A stretch of DNA of 63,147 bases, filler included, from Octopus bimaculoides (GCF_001194135.2; 5 parts of 4 records of this genome joined end to end with filler, not necessarily neighbours in it); one strand, 5' to 3'; shown: positions 26,290-39,771, numbered from the whole stretch's first letter. A program made the numbers and translations. Notes: generated from the sequence alone by a model not told the origin.

Positions 26290-27700
26290 GCTAGTGACTT
26301 TGACATGTGTGGATGTGTGCTTGTGTGTAATGAGTAGGTTTGTTGATGATGGTGTGTGGATGGTGGTGCGGGTGCTGGGAAGTGGTCTGTGCTAGTGCGT
26401 GTGGAGTGGTGTGGGGTAGTGTGATGTAGGGATGTTGGGGTAGGGGGAATGGTCAGTGCTAGTCTGGGGTGGGGATGTGGGTGTGGTGTGGGTGGAAGGG
26501 GTATCAATGGTGAGAGAAGGTGAGTAGGAGTGAAAAGAGGAAGAGAGGTGGGTAGGAGTGAAAGGAGGAAGTAGGTGTCAGATGAAGTGAGGAAGGAGTT
26601 GAGCCCATGTGGTGCAAAGGAGCGAAGAGAGAAGATTAATTCCAGATGGCCCTTGTGCAAAGACAATCCAAATACAGAAAGGTGTTGTAGTGAATGACTG
26701 GTAGAGCACAAATGGCATGAGACCAGGGTGTCATTGCCGAGTCTGATGCCTCGGAGTTGCCCTGCGAACTGGTCAGCCAAGTGATGTCCTGTTTTACCTA
26801 TGTACAGAGAAGGGCAGAAAGAGCAGGAGATGCAGTAAATGACATTGCTAGAAGTGCAGGTACAGGAGTCAGTGATATGATAGGGATGAAGGTTTGCTGG
26901 TGATAATGGTGGTGTCGGAGAGGTAGGGGTAAGTGTGGTAGCACGGCCAAGAGCAGGGGAATGAGCCAGGTTGGGAGGTGGGGTTAGGGAAAAAACTGTG
27001 GACCAGGAGGTCATGCAGGTTGTGGGCTCGTTTGAATGAGGCAAGGGATAAGGTGGGGAAGATGAGCGAGGTGGAGGAGTTAGACTGGAGTCGCTGGAAG
27101 GCTCGGAGAATGGTGCGTTGGAGAGGTAGATGAGGGGAAATGGGAGATGGGCAATGGTGGGGTGGGTGTGGGGGGAGAGATCAGAGGCATGGTCTATGGA
27201 ATGTGTTCTGGCAAGGGCTGTGTGGGTAGTGGTGAGAGGGATATCCAAGAAGGATGAAGTGGCAAGCCATGAATTGAGACTGGTTATCACCGCACAGCCA
27301 CCGCAGATGGAATAGGGAGTAGGGGATGGAGAGCTTGGTGTGGGTAGGGTAGGAGGAGGAGGAGGGGGTTAAGGTATGAGTGTGAGTCGGTGTGTTTGTG
27401 ATGTATGTTGACTGCAATGTTGAGAAATGTGAATGAAGTGTTGGAAATAGTGCAGGAGAATTTGTGGGGAGGATGGAAGCATTGGGCAAACCACAGGAAG
27501 AAGTCTAATTGTTCACGGGAGAGTGAGGTCGCACCGGTACAGTATCAATATAATGACTGTATAGTTCGAGATTGGGACCAATGAATCGGAAGAGTATTTG
27601 GGCCTCAACGTAGCCAACGAAAAGGCTCACATAGTTGGGTCCCATTCTTGTTCCCATGGCCATTCCCAAGAAATGTTGGGAAAATGCCCCACGAATAATG
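26290..27700 (-). mobile_element. Penelope-like element (RT + GIY-YIG endonuclease), decayed, 5'-truncated
   Basis: GMAMGTRMGPNYVSLFVGYVE and HYIDT (PLE RT motifs) at 27500-27670. GIY-YIG region CTSSNVIYCISCSFCPSLYIGKTGHHLADQF..H..VSCHL at 26600-26880. Confidence 0.92.
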
Positions 27701-28274
27701 TAATTCCCTCATAACACAGAAAAATGGACGTCTTTTAATGCAATTTTTTTTGGTTGTGGCTTACTTTAATAAAATATTTATATGTACATTTTCATAAATG
27801 TTTGATAGAATTCCATGCATGCGTGAAACATTGGAAGCAAATCGAAATATTTTCCAAATATGACTTGAAAATTGTGCAACCCAACCTAGTTGCCGAGGTT
27901 ATTTTAGTTGTAAAAAAGAGTTGTTGAGTCAAAAACATAGTTTATTTGTCGATAGATAATAAGCAGCTTTCTATAATACAGATGTGACTAATTTGGAGAA
28001 ACATTACTTTCATTATTCATACATCGTCACTCTCATAATGCAACACTTTATAATTTCAAATTGAAAGTGTGAAACTATTTTCATTTTGTAATGAAACCTG
28101 GTTGTTGTAGAGAAGTGTATTTGAAATAACTATAGCTGGTTGTTGAGATAACGTAGAAAATATGTAAATGAAAATAAAGTTTGACATGTGTAATTGATTT
28201 GATTGTTCTGGTCTTAACATCAGTTAGTAAGAATAGAAGTCATTTGACAACACCTTTTTGTTTGTAATTTGCTA

Positions 28275-28465
28275 TCCTTTTGTAGGTTCAGTCCGTGGAA
28301 TATTGAAATGATACCCATCTTGTCCATTCCACTGAATAAGAGGATATGGGAGAGCATGATAAGAGGGATGAGTTTATGAAACATGTTTGTTATCTTGAAC
28401 ACGAATGAGAATATCACGATTTTCATGGGGATCACCAACCATAAGGATGGCTCCTTCATCATTAG
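28275..28465 (-). mobile_element. Helitron Rep/helicase fragment
   Basis: A frame not listed in the ORF track reads NDEGAILMVGDPHENRDILIRVQDNKHVS*THPSYHALPYPLIQWNGQDGYHFNIP. This matches the conserved Helitron RDI...ISETHxSYDALQYPLxFWxGxDGYH segment. Confidence 0.85.
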
Positions 28466-29986
28466 ATGTGGGCTTATTAAAGCAGTGTAAAATGTTCTTT
28501 ACTATAGTTTACTATAGAAGTAAGGAACGCAGAACCACACTTATAGACTTGATAATATTGAAGTTCAAGCAAAATGAAATGTAGTCAATATAGGTGCAAA
28601 ACATACTTTCTGTAGCATAGTTATGCTATTAAAAAAATGGAAAGTCACCAATTTAGCAAAAGTTACTATGCGTTACCAATGTAACAAAGCACAGAAAGTC
28701 AACATTTATTTGGAACATATACTAAATGTTATAAAATTCACGATTGAATATCAAGGTGAAGAAAGTGAAAGTCCAAGAAAATTCAGAAGGCATAATTCAG
28801 TTTTTCATACAAAAGGAATTTATTTTACAATTTTGAAACAAATGCTGAACTAAGTGTATAGAAAGGAAGATGCTGTTGTAACGTTAGTTTAAAATATTTG
28901 CTGAAGGATGTATGTGGCAAGATATAAATTAGACATTACTACATATATTTTTTAACTGTGTAACATTATAGGCTGTAGAAAAAATACTAATGCAATAAAA
29001 AGGTTGTGCAATGTTGATACAGTGATGAAGAATGCATGGACTGTTAAAAAAAATATTATCTTGAAACTGGTTAAGAGTGGAATAACATTTCTGTAATTAT
29101 ATTGAAAGAGCCGCTGAGGCTTTCTATTTTGCCAAGTTTCCGAATTTGTTATAATAACCAGAATAACATATTTTTTTCCAGATATATTTGCGAGTATTGT
29201 GAGTGGTGTTAAATAAGCCAAATGTTCATGTTGGTAGTACTTCACAGTGAACGCTGTTGTTCGTTTGAAGTCCAGGCTACAACTAAACTTTCAATATCCG
29301 CGTGTTTTACTGTTGGGCGGGAGAAAGTTATACATAAACTAAGACACACACACACACCTGAAGCCTATCTTGTGAGTGTCAGTCGTCACAAAAATGTATG
29401 TATACTGACAGACACACACACACACACCGTCACACACACGTATACTTGTCAGTCATCAGCCTAACGTAGGTAGCAAGCGCACGAACACACTCATATAGAA
29501 AATGTGATGTCATTGTCGTGGTGGTGATATAAATATCGTTTACAATAGATGACTAAAAGAAAAATGATAATGTTAAATTTGTGTAATGCAAATATGTGAA
29601 TGAAAATATAGTTTAGTTGGTAGCCAAAAGCCTACTGAATCTTTTGATACTCCATAGATCAAAATCGGCAACACGGTTTTGGAATGCATAAGGAACATAC
29701 ACACACACACACACTCACACAAACTCTCTTTTATATATACAGGATAAAGGTGTATCCTTTAATTTGCTGCTTTTCTATACATAAACTGAGAAGATATCTT
29801 GTGAAACAGTCATTATTTGAATTGGGTGCATCTTGTAATCATCTGAAAAGACACATCTATATTGTTGGATACTCCTAAATTGTTGCCAAGTATCTCACCC
29901 ATGAAGGATTGATGCTAGATGGGTCGAAGTAACTGTAGTGATTAATAAACATTCTCATATCTTCTGTCTCTCTCACTATTCAAATA

Positions 29987-30028
<42 letters not shown>

Positions 30029-31122
30029 ATCTTTAGAGTTATTTCTCTCGTCAACACTTTTGCTTGTTCTCCTCTCCTTTAGAACACTATTTTCGTGAAC
30101 ACCCTGGGACTTTCTCTTTTACCTCTCTTTTAGCAACATTCTTAGAAATAGTTTCTTCTCTTCTTTTCTTAGTACCTCCCCCTATCTTTGCAAATGTTGC
30201 ACTCATTAAATTTTTCTGCTACTAAGTCATATCTCATCTTCTTATATTATGAAGAATGAACAGATGGACACCAACAGCTGCAAATTTGTACTGAGCCAGA
30301 CTAAGGCTAATAAAATAAAGAAGATGCATTAAAATTGGCAGCTTGAGGAACTTCATCTCTCTTAAGCATGGAACACGGCTGAGGACTTTCTGCTGAACAA
30401 TCCTAAATACCTACAGTTTCCATAGGCCTGTAGCACAAATCAAGTGACAAAAACAGGAGTTTATACAATTCTCTGCTCTTGTTAAACCACATCTCAATCT
30501 CTTAGCATTATGAAAGAAACAGGTGAAGTTGTCAGTGATGACCCTGCATGTCTTGAAACTCACACAGGACAGACAGACAGTATCAAAAAAGTAACCACAA
30601 ATGCCACCTGTCCTAAAAATGGTACTGAATGCAGCAATGGCTGTAATTATAAGTGAAAACAGAATTGTAGTGACTAACAGAGATGGAGAAATAGGTGATG
30701 CAGCCAGGAAAAATGATATTGTCCTCAAGGAGCAAAGACAAAACTTAAATGCCAAAAGGTAAAATAAACAAATACAAGGTCAGAAACTGACAGAGCTCAG
30801 ATTGTAAATTCTATTTGAATGGCACCTGCTGGCGTGGAGGAAAAGGAACTAACTAACTTTGCCCATCCCAAGCTTCATCGGAACAACATGCAAGGTGACC
30901 GCCCCAAATAAAACTAGCTATAACATAGGTGAGGGAAATCATCAAACATGGACCTGCAGGCTAATAGTACACCAATAGGAAAAAACAGGTCTCATAAGAA
31001 AAGAAATCAACACATACCCTCTGCATCCCTCAACATGCAATATACAGAGGCTGTGCGTAAAAATGGAAAATCACAGTGGTGCTCCAGAATGACTAGCTGC
31101 ATGGCTGAAATGAATAAAAGAA

Positions 31123-31186
<64 letters not shown>

Positions 31187-31755
31187 TCACTGTACTTAAT
31201 ATAATCTTTTTTTTGCCAGAACATTTCTTTAGAAAGAGAGAGAAGAAAATATTAAACAATGTATAATGAATGCAAAATTTAGTCTTAGTTGTGTTGATGC
31301 TCAATGGCTTCAGATACTAGAGATTAACATGGACATACTCTGAATATAGCATATAGGATTCACAGCCAGTGGCAATCCTATATTAGCTGCTTTTATCCTA
31401 TCCTCCTTATTTTCTCTTCCTCTCCATTGTGTTTGTTGCAAAAATATCCCATTGGGGATACTTGTAACTATGGTAACCGGAAACACTATATAGTATAGAG
31501 TTAATTATGAAAACAGCTAGATAATAATATTGCACTTTCATTGTTTTTTTAGTCTTTTACAGTAAGTCATTTTTAATTAGAACATCCAATTAATGTTATA
31601 TAATTAATCATTTTTGACAATTGTTGCCTGTCTGTAATGTCTTTAGGAGACTTAATGTCAACCTTATTCACTAGGACTATATTAAATTGTTGAAATAGTC
31701 AAAGATTCAAAATTACATGTATTACTCTGCTCAAATTGGAATTATTACTCTAAAG

Positions 31756-32062
31756 CAGGGTTTCCCAACCAGGGTCCACATGAACCCCCACAGGTCCACA
31801 GAAACTTTAAAGGGGTCCACGAGTAAAAAATTGTAATTTGTGGGTCCATATATATAAATTTTGGAGAGGTACCTGTATTTATTCAAATTTTCAAGATTTG
31901 TATTTGGAATTTATTTTAATGAAAATAACGGAATTGTTTCATTGTTAATTTTTACTAACCCACAAACATATTTTATTTCAAAAATTTACATGCATATATG
32001 GGGTCCACAGATAAGATAACCTTCAGTGGGGTCCACAAGCAAAATAAGGTTGGGAATCCCCG
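31756..32062. mobile_element. hAT (Buster/Charlie-type) MITE, complete
   Basis: TIRs cagggtttcccaacc / ggttgggaatccccg (13/15). Perfect 8-bp TSD ctctaaag (31748-31755 and 32063-32070) with central TA. Repeated gggtccac subterminal motifs. Confidence 0.93.
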
Positions 32063-35000
32063 CTCTAAAGCATGTATGTTGCAGCAATACTACGGTACTC
32101 CCATTTAATGTTGATACCCCAGCGTGACTGTATTGTTCCTAGTAGAAGACACTTGCTCAGGAGCCATACTGTGGGACTGAACCCAGTGGCTGGGAGCCAA
32201 GCTTTTCAACCATACATCCACAGTTGCATTTTTAAAATTCTATGTATTTTTAAAATTTTCTTTGTCAGTCTGATGTGTAGTTTGTTTAATGGTCAGATTA
32301 CACTAATTGATCCTGTTAGATTCAGCTCTATTTCCCTTCATCCCTCCTCTTCCCTTACTTTAGCTGAAGGATTGTCTCCATGTCTCCTCTAAGCTCTTAA
32401 TAGGGATTAACTGTATGAAGTCAGTCTGGTTGAAGTTAAGTTTGAAGTCTTGCAGGTTAGTGGTAGGAAGGGAAATGAGAAAGTGTTTGTGTAAAAAAAA
32501 TGGTTGATTGAATTAAGGAGTGTCTTTGACAGTGCTGGGTGTTGATGGGTGAAAGAATAGATTGTTATTGATGGCCTTAGGCCAGCTATGATCAGACAGA
32601 TTCATAAGTGCTATTATTTTCAGACAGTGTATTGAGAATACTAAGAATATCCTTCGTTTGTTAGATAGTACTATGAAAGTGTTCTAGCTGCTATTTTTCA
32701 TAGGTTGAGCAACTACATAGAGGCCCTTCATTTGCTCACAAGAAAGCAGATATATTTAGTTGAACACATACCCACCCATTGTTCAGTCCCACTGTATGGC
32801 ACTTTAGGTTGGTATCTTGGTACTTTTGGGTTATTTCACCCCCATTAAAAAAAAAGGGTTATCTCCACATGTTTTATGAGAAATATCAGTACTTTTGGTT
32901 AACACTCGTTAAAATAATTAAAAAAANNNNNNNNNNNNNNNNNNNNNNNNNNNNNNNNNNNNNNNNNNNNNNNNNNNNNNNNNNNNNNNNNNNNNNNNNN
33001 NNNNNNNNNNNNNNNNNNNNNNNNNNNNNNNNNNNNNNNNNNNNNNNNNNNNNNNNNNNNNNNNNNNNNNNNNNNNNNNNNNNNNNNNNNNNNNNNNNNN
33101 NNNNNNNNNNNNNNNNNNNNNNNNNNNNNNNNNNNNNNNNNNNNNNNNNNNNNNNNNNNNNNNNNNNNNNNNNNNNNNNNNNNNNNNNNNNNNNNNNNNN
33201 NNNNNNNNNNNNNNNNNNNNNNNNNNNNNNNNNNNNNNNNNNNNNNNNNNNNNNNNNNNNNNNNNNNNNNNNNNNNNNNNNNNNNNNNNNNNNNNNNNNN
33301 NNNNNNNNNNNNNNNNNNNNNNNNNNNNNNNNNNNNNNNNNNNNNNNNNNNNNNNNNNNNNNNNNNNNNNNNNNNNNNNNNNNNNNNNNNCTGTAATTTA
33401 GTTGTTTGTCAAAAGAAACTGATAGAATAAGTTGAGTACTGCAATAGCAGTGAAGCATTTTGGTTTTTGCATTCTTCCTTTAGGTTTGCTAATATCCTTG
33501 TAGGTATTCTACTTTAGCCCTGAGCTGACCAAAGACTTGCAAGTGGATTTGGAAAACAGAAAGTGAAAGAAATCTGTTATATATATATATATATATATAT
33601 ATACATACACATGTGTGTGTTTGTGTGTACCCTTGTCCAGACATCATCATCATACAAGTAAAAATTATTTATTGCTAGTCTTTGAAAGACACGTCTGGCT
33701 ATGGGGAAATATTACCTTGCCTGAAAACAGGTGTGTGTTCATGACAGGAAAGGTTTCCAGCATGTAAAAGTGAACATTAAAGGATGATGGTTAAGACTAT
33801 TTTAGTGATTAGATTTTAAGTAAAATACAGGTATAACACTTGCCAACTATATATAATTTTCATAGGTAACTAATGGTTTGTGATCTTCCATAATTCCTTT
33901 GTATTCAAAACAAGAAAATTGCAGCAAAGCTGTGTGATGGTGGTTGACAGATGTGGTATGCAGACCACCATATGTGTTTTTATTCTTTTCTGTTTTATTT
34001 TGACACGCGCATTGCATTTTTATTCTCTTCCATTTTACAAATTCAGTGTGCACATGCACATTGCATGTTTATACTTCTCTTTCCAGTTCTTACTCAAAAC
34101 TGTTTACAGATCATGACCATTTCACGAACCTGCTTTTGTGAGGGGCACTTTGTGCGCTGATAGTTGTGAAAAAAAAAGGGAAAAATTTCTAATAAACATT
34201 CATAGATGTGTAATTTAAGTCGGTGAGACTAAAACAGCTATGGTGTATAAAAGTGTGTGTGTGTGTGTTTGCTTAAGAAATTTAGTGTGTTTTATAGGGA
34301 ATATAAATTTAGAATTAAAAATTCCTTGTTTCCTTATTATTAATTTACAATAAACCATTTTCGCCTTTGGTGGTTAGGAAAAGAATTAAAATTAGACATG
34401 ATGGAGGCTTGTAAAGAGATAATTATATTTCAGCAACAAAATGTATTTGATAAAAAGAAGTCAATGAATACTCTTACAAAAACTAGTTTTTAATTATGAA
34501 AGACTGCTGCAAAAATATCAAATTTGAATGTCAACATTAATACTCTATTATTGATTCTAGACTTTAATTGTTGTAACCAACCAGCCTATTTAATTTCTGT
34601 GAGAGTTTTTGCTATATATAAAAAAGGAGGTAATTAAAATGGATTTTCATGTATTGTGTAAGCTTAATCTTTTTGATTTTCTATGATTAGGACATCCTTT
34701 GAGCAGGAATCAATTTAGTATATCAATGTTAAAATTGAGAAATTAAATTTCAGTCTTTGTGGCAGTGTTGATGTGTTGTGAATGTTTGAATTAGCTGACA
34801 TAGTGTATTGGTGTTACATGTCTTATGGTTGAACATGAAGACCACGGTGGTTTGGACGGAAGGATGAGTCAGAAATTTAACTGAGAAGAAAATCGTTTTA
34901 ATGCCCACTTTGTTGTGTTCACATGGGTCAGATGAAATTTGTTGAGGGTGATTTTTTTTATGGTTGGATGCTATTCCTATTGCCAAACTTCACCTGCTTC

Positions 35001-35092
35001 CTAGCAACGTAATGTTTCCTCTTGACCAGGACTGTTTCCATAAAAGATTGGAAACAAAGGACACTGCTTTCATAATTCTTTTTATTTTTTCC

Positions 35093-35540
35093 CTTGTTTC
35101 TGTCATTTGAGTGTGGCCATGCTGGAGCACCACCATGAAGGGTTTTAGTGGAAAAAATTGACCTCAGAACTTATTTTTTGTTTTTAAAGCCTAGTACTCA
35201 TTCTATCAGTCTCTTTTGCTGAACCTCTAAGTTACAGGGATGTAAGTACACCAACACCAGTTGTCAAGCAATGATGAGAGACACACTTGTATGACAGTGA
35301 TGCTTGTTTACAATTATGCTGTCAACACAAGGGTGCACACAAACTCACATGCATGCATACGCATGAGTGCACACACACTCACACACATATACAAAGATCT
35401 TTTTCCAGCTTCCACTTAGCAAATACACTTACAAGGCTCTGGTTGACTCAGGGCTATAGTGAAAGACATTGGCTTAGGACTGAACCTGAGACCTTGTGGT
35501 TGGGAAGCAAACTTCTTGCTACACAGCTACATCTTTACCT
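35093..35540 (-). mobile_element. SINE family A, full-length old copy
   Basis: Head-to-tail homology with 39104-39530 and 59929-60195; many CpG-type transitions. Confidence 0.82.
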
Positions 35541-35869
35541 ATAATGTAAAATTTATAGTCTTCCTGTTTATAGTAGTATGATTTTGTAAAAAATCAATGA
35601 CTATAAAGATTTGTTGTAGTGTTTGGTTATTCTGTAAATAGCTTGCTTAATTTCTGTTCTGAGATATACCAACTAAAAATGCAGAACACAATTGTTAGTG
35701 TGGACCTTTCATTTTGATTTTATTTTATTTCATTTGCTGCTGTTGGTTAGTTTATCTCCACTGCAAATAAGTAGCTGATGGAATACAAGGAAACTAATGT
35801 AGCTCATTTAGGAGTTATTTTCAAAGAAAGCTGTATGTTATTTGCTTGACTTCATCCACTTGATGCTAA

Positions 35870-36178
35870 CCCGTCTGGGATTACCCTTTAGTACTACGAT
35901 ACAAACTTCCTGTTTTAAAGCAATCTAAATTAAAATCTTCTATCAAAATTTGCTAATTTTTGTTTTGTTCTAAACACTTTGAGATTTCTTTGTCAAATGT
36001 GATGTGTATTTATCCACATTGTTTTGAATGAGTCATACATTATGTTGTAGCTTCAAGATTTCAATGTTGTGTTTGTATATTTTTAGAATGGCATTGTAGG
36101 ATGTGAGGCCTGATCTGGCCAGTTTGAACATAAAACATATTTGGGCCGGAAATGACTGGTTTAAATGTTAAAGGGTCA
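35870..36178. mobile_element. piggyBac-type (TTAA) MITE, composite/decayed
   Basis: Shares body and 3' terminus (ggtttaaatgttaaaggg) with 38118-38338 and 47872-48270; its 5' part is shared with 54695-54770. Confidence 0.65.
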
Positions 36179-36187
36179 TTAATGATA

Positions 36188-36535
36188 CTCTTTTACTTGT
36201 TTCAATCATTTGACTGCGGCCATGCTGGAGCACCGCCTTTAGTTGAGCAAATTGACCCCAGGACTTATTCTTTGGAAGCCTAGTACTTATTGTATCGTTC
36301 TCTTTTGCCGAACTGCTAAGTTACGGGGACGTAAACACACCACCATCGGTTGTCAAGCGATGCTGGGGGGACCAACACAGACACACAAACATATACACAC
36401 ACACACACATATATATACATATATACGACGGGCTTCTTTCAGTTTCCGTCTACCAAATCCACTCACAAGGCTTTGGTCGGCCCGAGGCTATAATAGAAGA
36501 CACTTGCCCAAGGTGCTACACAGTGGGAATGAACC
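36188..36535 (-). mobile_element. SINE family A, young copy truncated by scaffold join
   Basis: Near-consensus body gactgcggccatgctggagcaccgcc...gacacttgcccaagg. Confidence 0.88.
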
Positions 36536-36635
36536 NNNNNNNNNNNNNNNNNNNNNNNNNNNNNNNNNNNNNNNNNNNNTTAATTAATTAANNNNNNNNN
36601 NNNNNNNNNNNNNNNNNNNNNNNNNNNNNNNNNNN
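36536..36635. other. Synthetic scaffold join
   Basis: 44N-TTAATTAATTAA-44N. Confidence 0.95.
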
Positions 36636-36667
<32 letters not shown>

Positions 36668-37866
36668 TATTCATCATCATCATTGTTTAATGTCTGCCTT
36701 CCATTCAGGCATGGGTTGAATAGTTTGATGTAGGCAAAAGACTACCTCGGTTAGTATAATTCCAGTGAATTATTTCACTTGGTGAAACACCCACACAGCA
36801 GTTACTGAAAAATATTCATCTATTAATTTTAAGGAATGGTCTTCTGTAATGGTATTTGAATATGAACTCAGCGACTTAAAGGTGGTGTGCAGCACAGAAA
36901 CAAATTGTGTGATCTACTATTGAAGGCTGATATCCTCCATCTTCATGGTAGATTGTGTGCATGTGTATATATCTATAGATTTACTATAAAATACAATGAA
37001 ATAACCATCAAACTGCAAGCAAATAAAACAGAAGCAGAGAATTAAGAAATATGAAACAACATGGAATAGATTATTTTATTATGAGGAAAAAAGAAACACC
37101 AAATATTTCATGCAGAATCATTTGGAAGATAGAGAGAGAGAGTGACCATTGCTATTTTGCTTGGATTCTACTGTTTTCCTGATTCAGATCATTTTGTACT
37201 CATGTCAATTGATGCCACCAGAGTAAAAGCCAATTTGAAAATTTGTATAAACTGTTGAGATTTAATGGTATAACAAAATTTCATTGTCCATACAAAAATA
37301 TTGAACCAATAAAAATTTTTTAAAAATAAAATAGAAGTAATTCAACAATAATTGTGATAGAGGCATTTAAAACACACGCACATACACACACACACTGATG
37401 TGGTGAGTGGCAAAATAAGTATAGTGTCAGATGAGATAGTTTGAAATATTTGATTTGGTGAAATCTTTCAGTTCTGAGTTCAAATTATACCCAGATGGAA
37501 TCTGGCTCTATTATATGTATGTATGTATGCATGCATGTATGTATGTATGTTGGTAGGTAGGTAGGTAGGCATGCATATATGCAAACATGTAAGTGTATAT
37601 GTATGCATATATGTATTTCAGATGCATGTATGTCTGTATGTTCTGTTCTCTTTTTAATCATTTGAAATCTTCCTGAGGAAGGAGCTGGCTTCTAGCAAAC
37701 ATACAAAAGCTCCATTGTTTGAAGGCAGATAACAAAAACAGTCACATTTTAATCTTGAGAGAAGTCTTGCATATTTTTACTCTTCCACTTACAAATTCTA
37801 TTTATATGTGTGCTTATATGTATGTATGCCTGTATGAATGTGTGTATGTATGTATATGTCTATATA

Positions 37867-38668
37867 CAGAGTGATTGAGAAGTAACTCCCTATTTTAAAA
37901 TACATATAAATTATTTATTAATTGTAATTTTTCTCTCAAATTTTTTGGTGTTTGTTTTTCGATGTTTGAGAATTTAATCTGTAGTTGTCTCTTGTCATTT
38001 GTGAATGGCTGAATGCCCACTTCCCTGGGAGATGGATGGGTTGTTGTGGTCCACATGAGTGGCCAGCTAGGAGTCCCAACTTAACACCCTGTGATTTCCT
38101 TCTTTGGGGTTGGTTTACCCTTTAGTGTTTGCATTATTCTGCCAAAATCAATGCTTTTTTATCCACATTGTTTTGAACTAATCATACATTATCTTGTAGC
38201 TATGAGATTTTGATGAGTTAGCTGTTAATTTTTAAAACAATATTGTAGGGTTGGTGTGAGAGACCAGATCTGGCCAGTTTGAACATAAAGCAGGCAGAAT
38301 ACTTTTGGCCGGATATGGCCGGTTTAAATGCTAAAGGGTTAAAGGAACAAGTCTACTGTACCAAACCAAAGACTTTGNNNNNNNNNNNNNNNNNNNNNNN
38401 NNNNNNNNNNNNNNNNNNNNNNNNNNNNNNNNNNNNNNNNNNNNNNNNNNNNNNNNNNNNNNNNNNNNNNNNNNNNNNNNNNNNNNNNNNNNNNNNNNNN
38501 NNNNNNNNNNNNNNNNNNNNNNNNNNNNNNNNNNNNNNNNNNNNNNNNNNNNNNNNNNNNNNNNNNNNNNNNNNNNNNNNNNNNNNNNNCATATCCATTT
38601 GTCTGTAAAAATTACAATTAATAAATTAAAAGTATTTTAAGATAAGGAGTTACTTTTCAATCACCCTG
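37867..38668 (+). mobile_element. Internally deleted Tc1/mariner element (maT/DD37D or rosa/DD41D-like)
   Basis: TA-flanked ~65-bp TIRs (cagagtgattgagaagtaactcc.. / ..ggagttacttttcaatcaccctg). Internal peptide EWLNAHFPGRWMGCCGPHEWPARSPNLTPCDFLLWGW|LKEQVYCTKPKTL. Confidence 0.88.
38118..38338. mobile_element. piggyBac-type MITE nested in the maT-like element
   Basis: Termini ccctttag / ctaaaggg flanked by ttta / ttaa; interrupts the transposase codons W-G-W|L-K. Confidence 0.85.
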
Positions 38669-39103
38669 TATATGTGTAATGGTGTATGCATGCATGTATA
38701 AAGACTTTCTTTTGCACTGCACCATGCAGTATACAGTTATGTTTTATAATGTAATAGTATTATACATATTAATATCAGTCTTTTCTCATGCGTTTAAGAC
38801 CTGGTCATAGATGCACTATTCCAAAGTGTTTGAATTGTAATTTTAAAAAAAAACGTTTTTTTTTTTTACTTTTTTTTTATTTTACATAGTTTCATTAGGA
38901 GAAAGAGTTTGTATCCATGACTTTCTTAGGTCCTTCAATACTGGAAAAATTAATGCAGATTGTATTCAGTTTAAACATTTATAAATCAATGTTTGCAGGT
39001 GAAAAGCAGGCATGCAGGAAATTCCAGAAGGTTGACAATATTGGGAAGAAGGATTGAGTATGGTGATTAGATTTGGTGAACTGGGGAAAAGAAAGTATAG
39101 CCA

Positions 39104-39530
39104 CAGGCATAGTGGTGTGGTTAAACGGTTCACTTAACCACCATGTGATTCTGGGTTCAGTCTCACTGCATGGAACCTTGGGTAAGTGTCTTCTACTATA
39201 GCCTCAGGCCAACCAATGCCTTGTGATTGAATTTGGTAAACAGAAACTGTGTGGAAGTCTGTTGTGTATGTATGTATACACACACACACACATATATACA
39301 CACGTGTGTTTGTTTTGTGTTTGTCTGCCAACACTGTTTGACAACCAGTGCTGGTTTGTTTACATCCTTGTAACTTGGCAGTTTGGCAGAAGAGGACTGA
39401 TAGGTTAAGCACCAGACTTTAAAAAAATACACTAAGTACTGGGTTTCAATTTGTTCAATTAAAGCCTTCAAGGTGGTGCTCCAGCATGACCACAGTCCTG
39501 TCCAATGACTGAAACACATAAAAGATAAAA
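39104..39530 (+). mobile_element. SINE family A, full-length old copy 240 bp downstream of the GPCR stop
   Basis: tRNA-like head, ccttgggtaagtgtcttctac (CORE-like), (TA/CA) middle and gtgctccagcatg tail. Confidence 0.85.
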
Positions 39531-39771
39531 GGATAAAGATCTGGTTGGCTCCAAGGTGTGGAGGATGTTGTAGTTAAAGTAGAAATGATAGAGTGAGCTT
39601 ATGGGCTACAGGTAAGAATAATATGTTGATCAATGAATCCTTAGTAATTAGCTGGAAAGCTTTCATTTACATTTTAAAGGCAGTCCAGTAATAACAACAC
39701 CATCCTTGGTATGGGAGCAGCATTCCATTATTCAATAAAAATACAAAAGGAACAAAAGAGAAACGGTTTCC

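Noticed and set aside
26151-27290. 379-aa ORF as a host gene
   Set aside because: Frameshifted Penelope-like RT/GIY-YIG remnant running into low-complexity sequence.
30250-31100. Coding-like stretch (MKETGEVVSDD.., ASLNMQ) as a gene or RTE 5' region
   Set aside because: Short broken frames; similarity to an APE start motif is too weak to call without a search.
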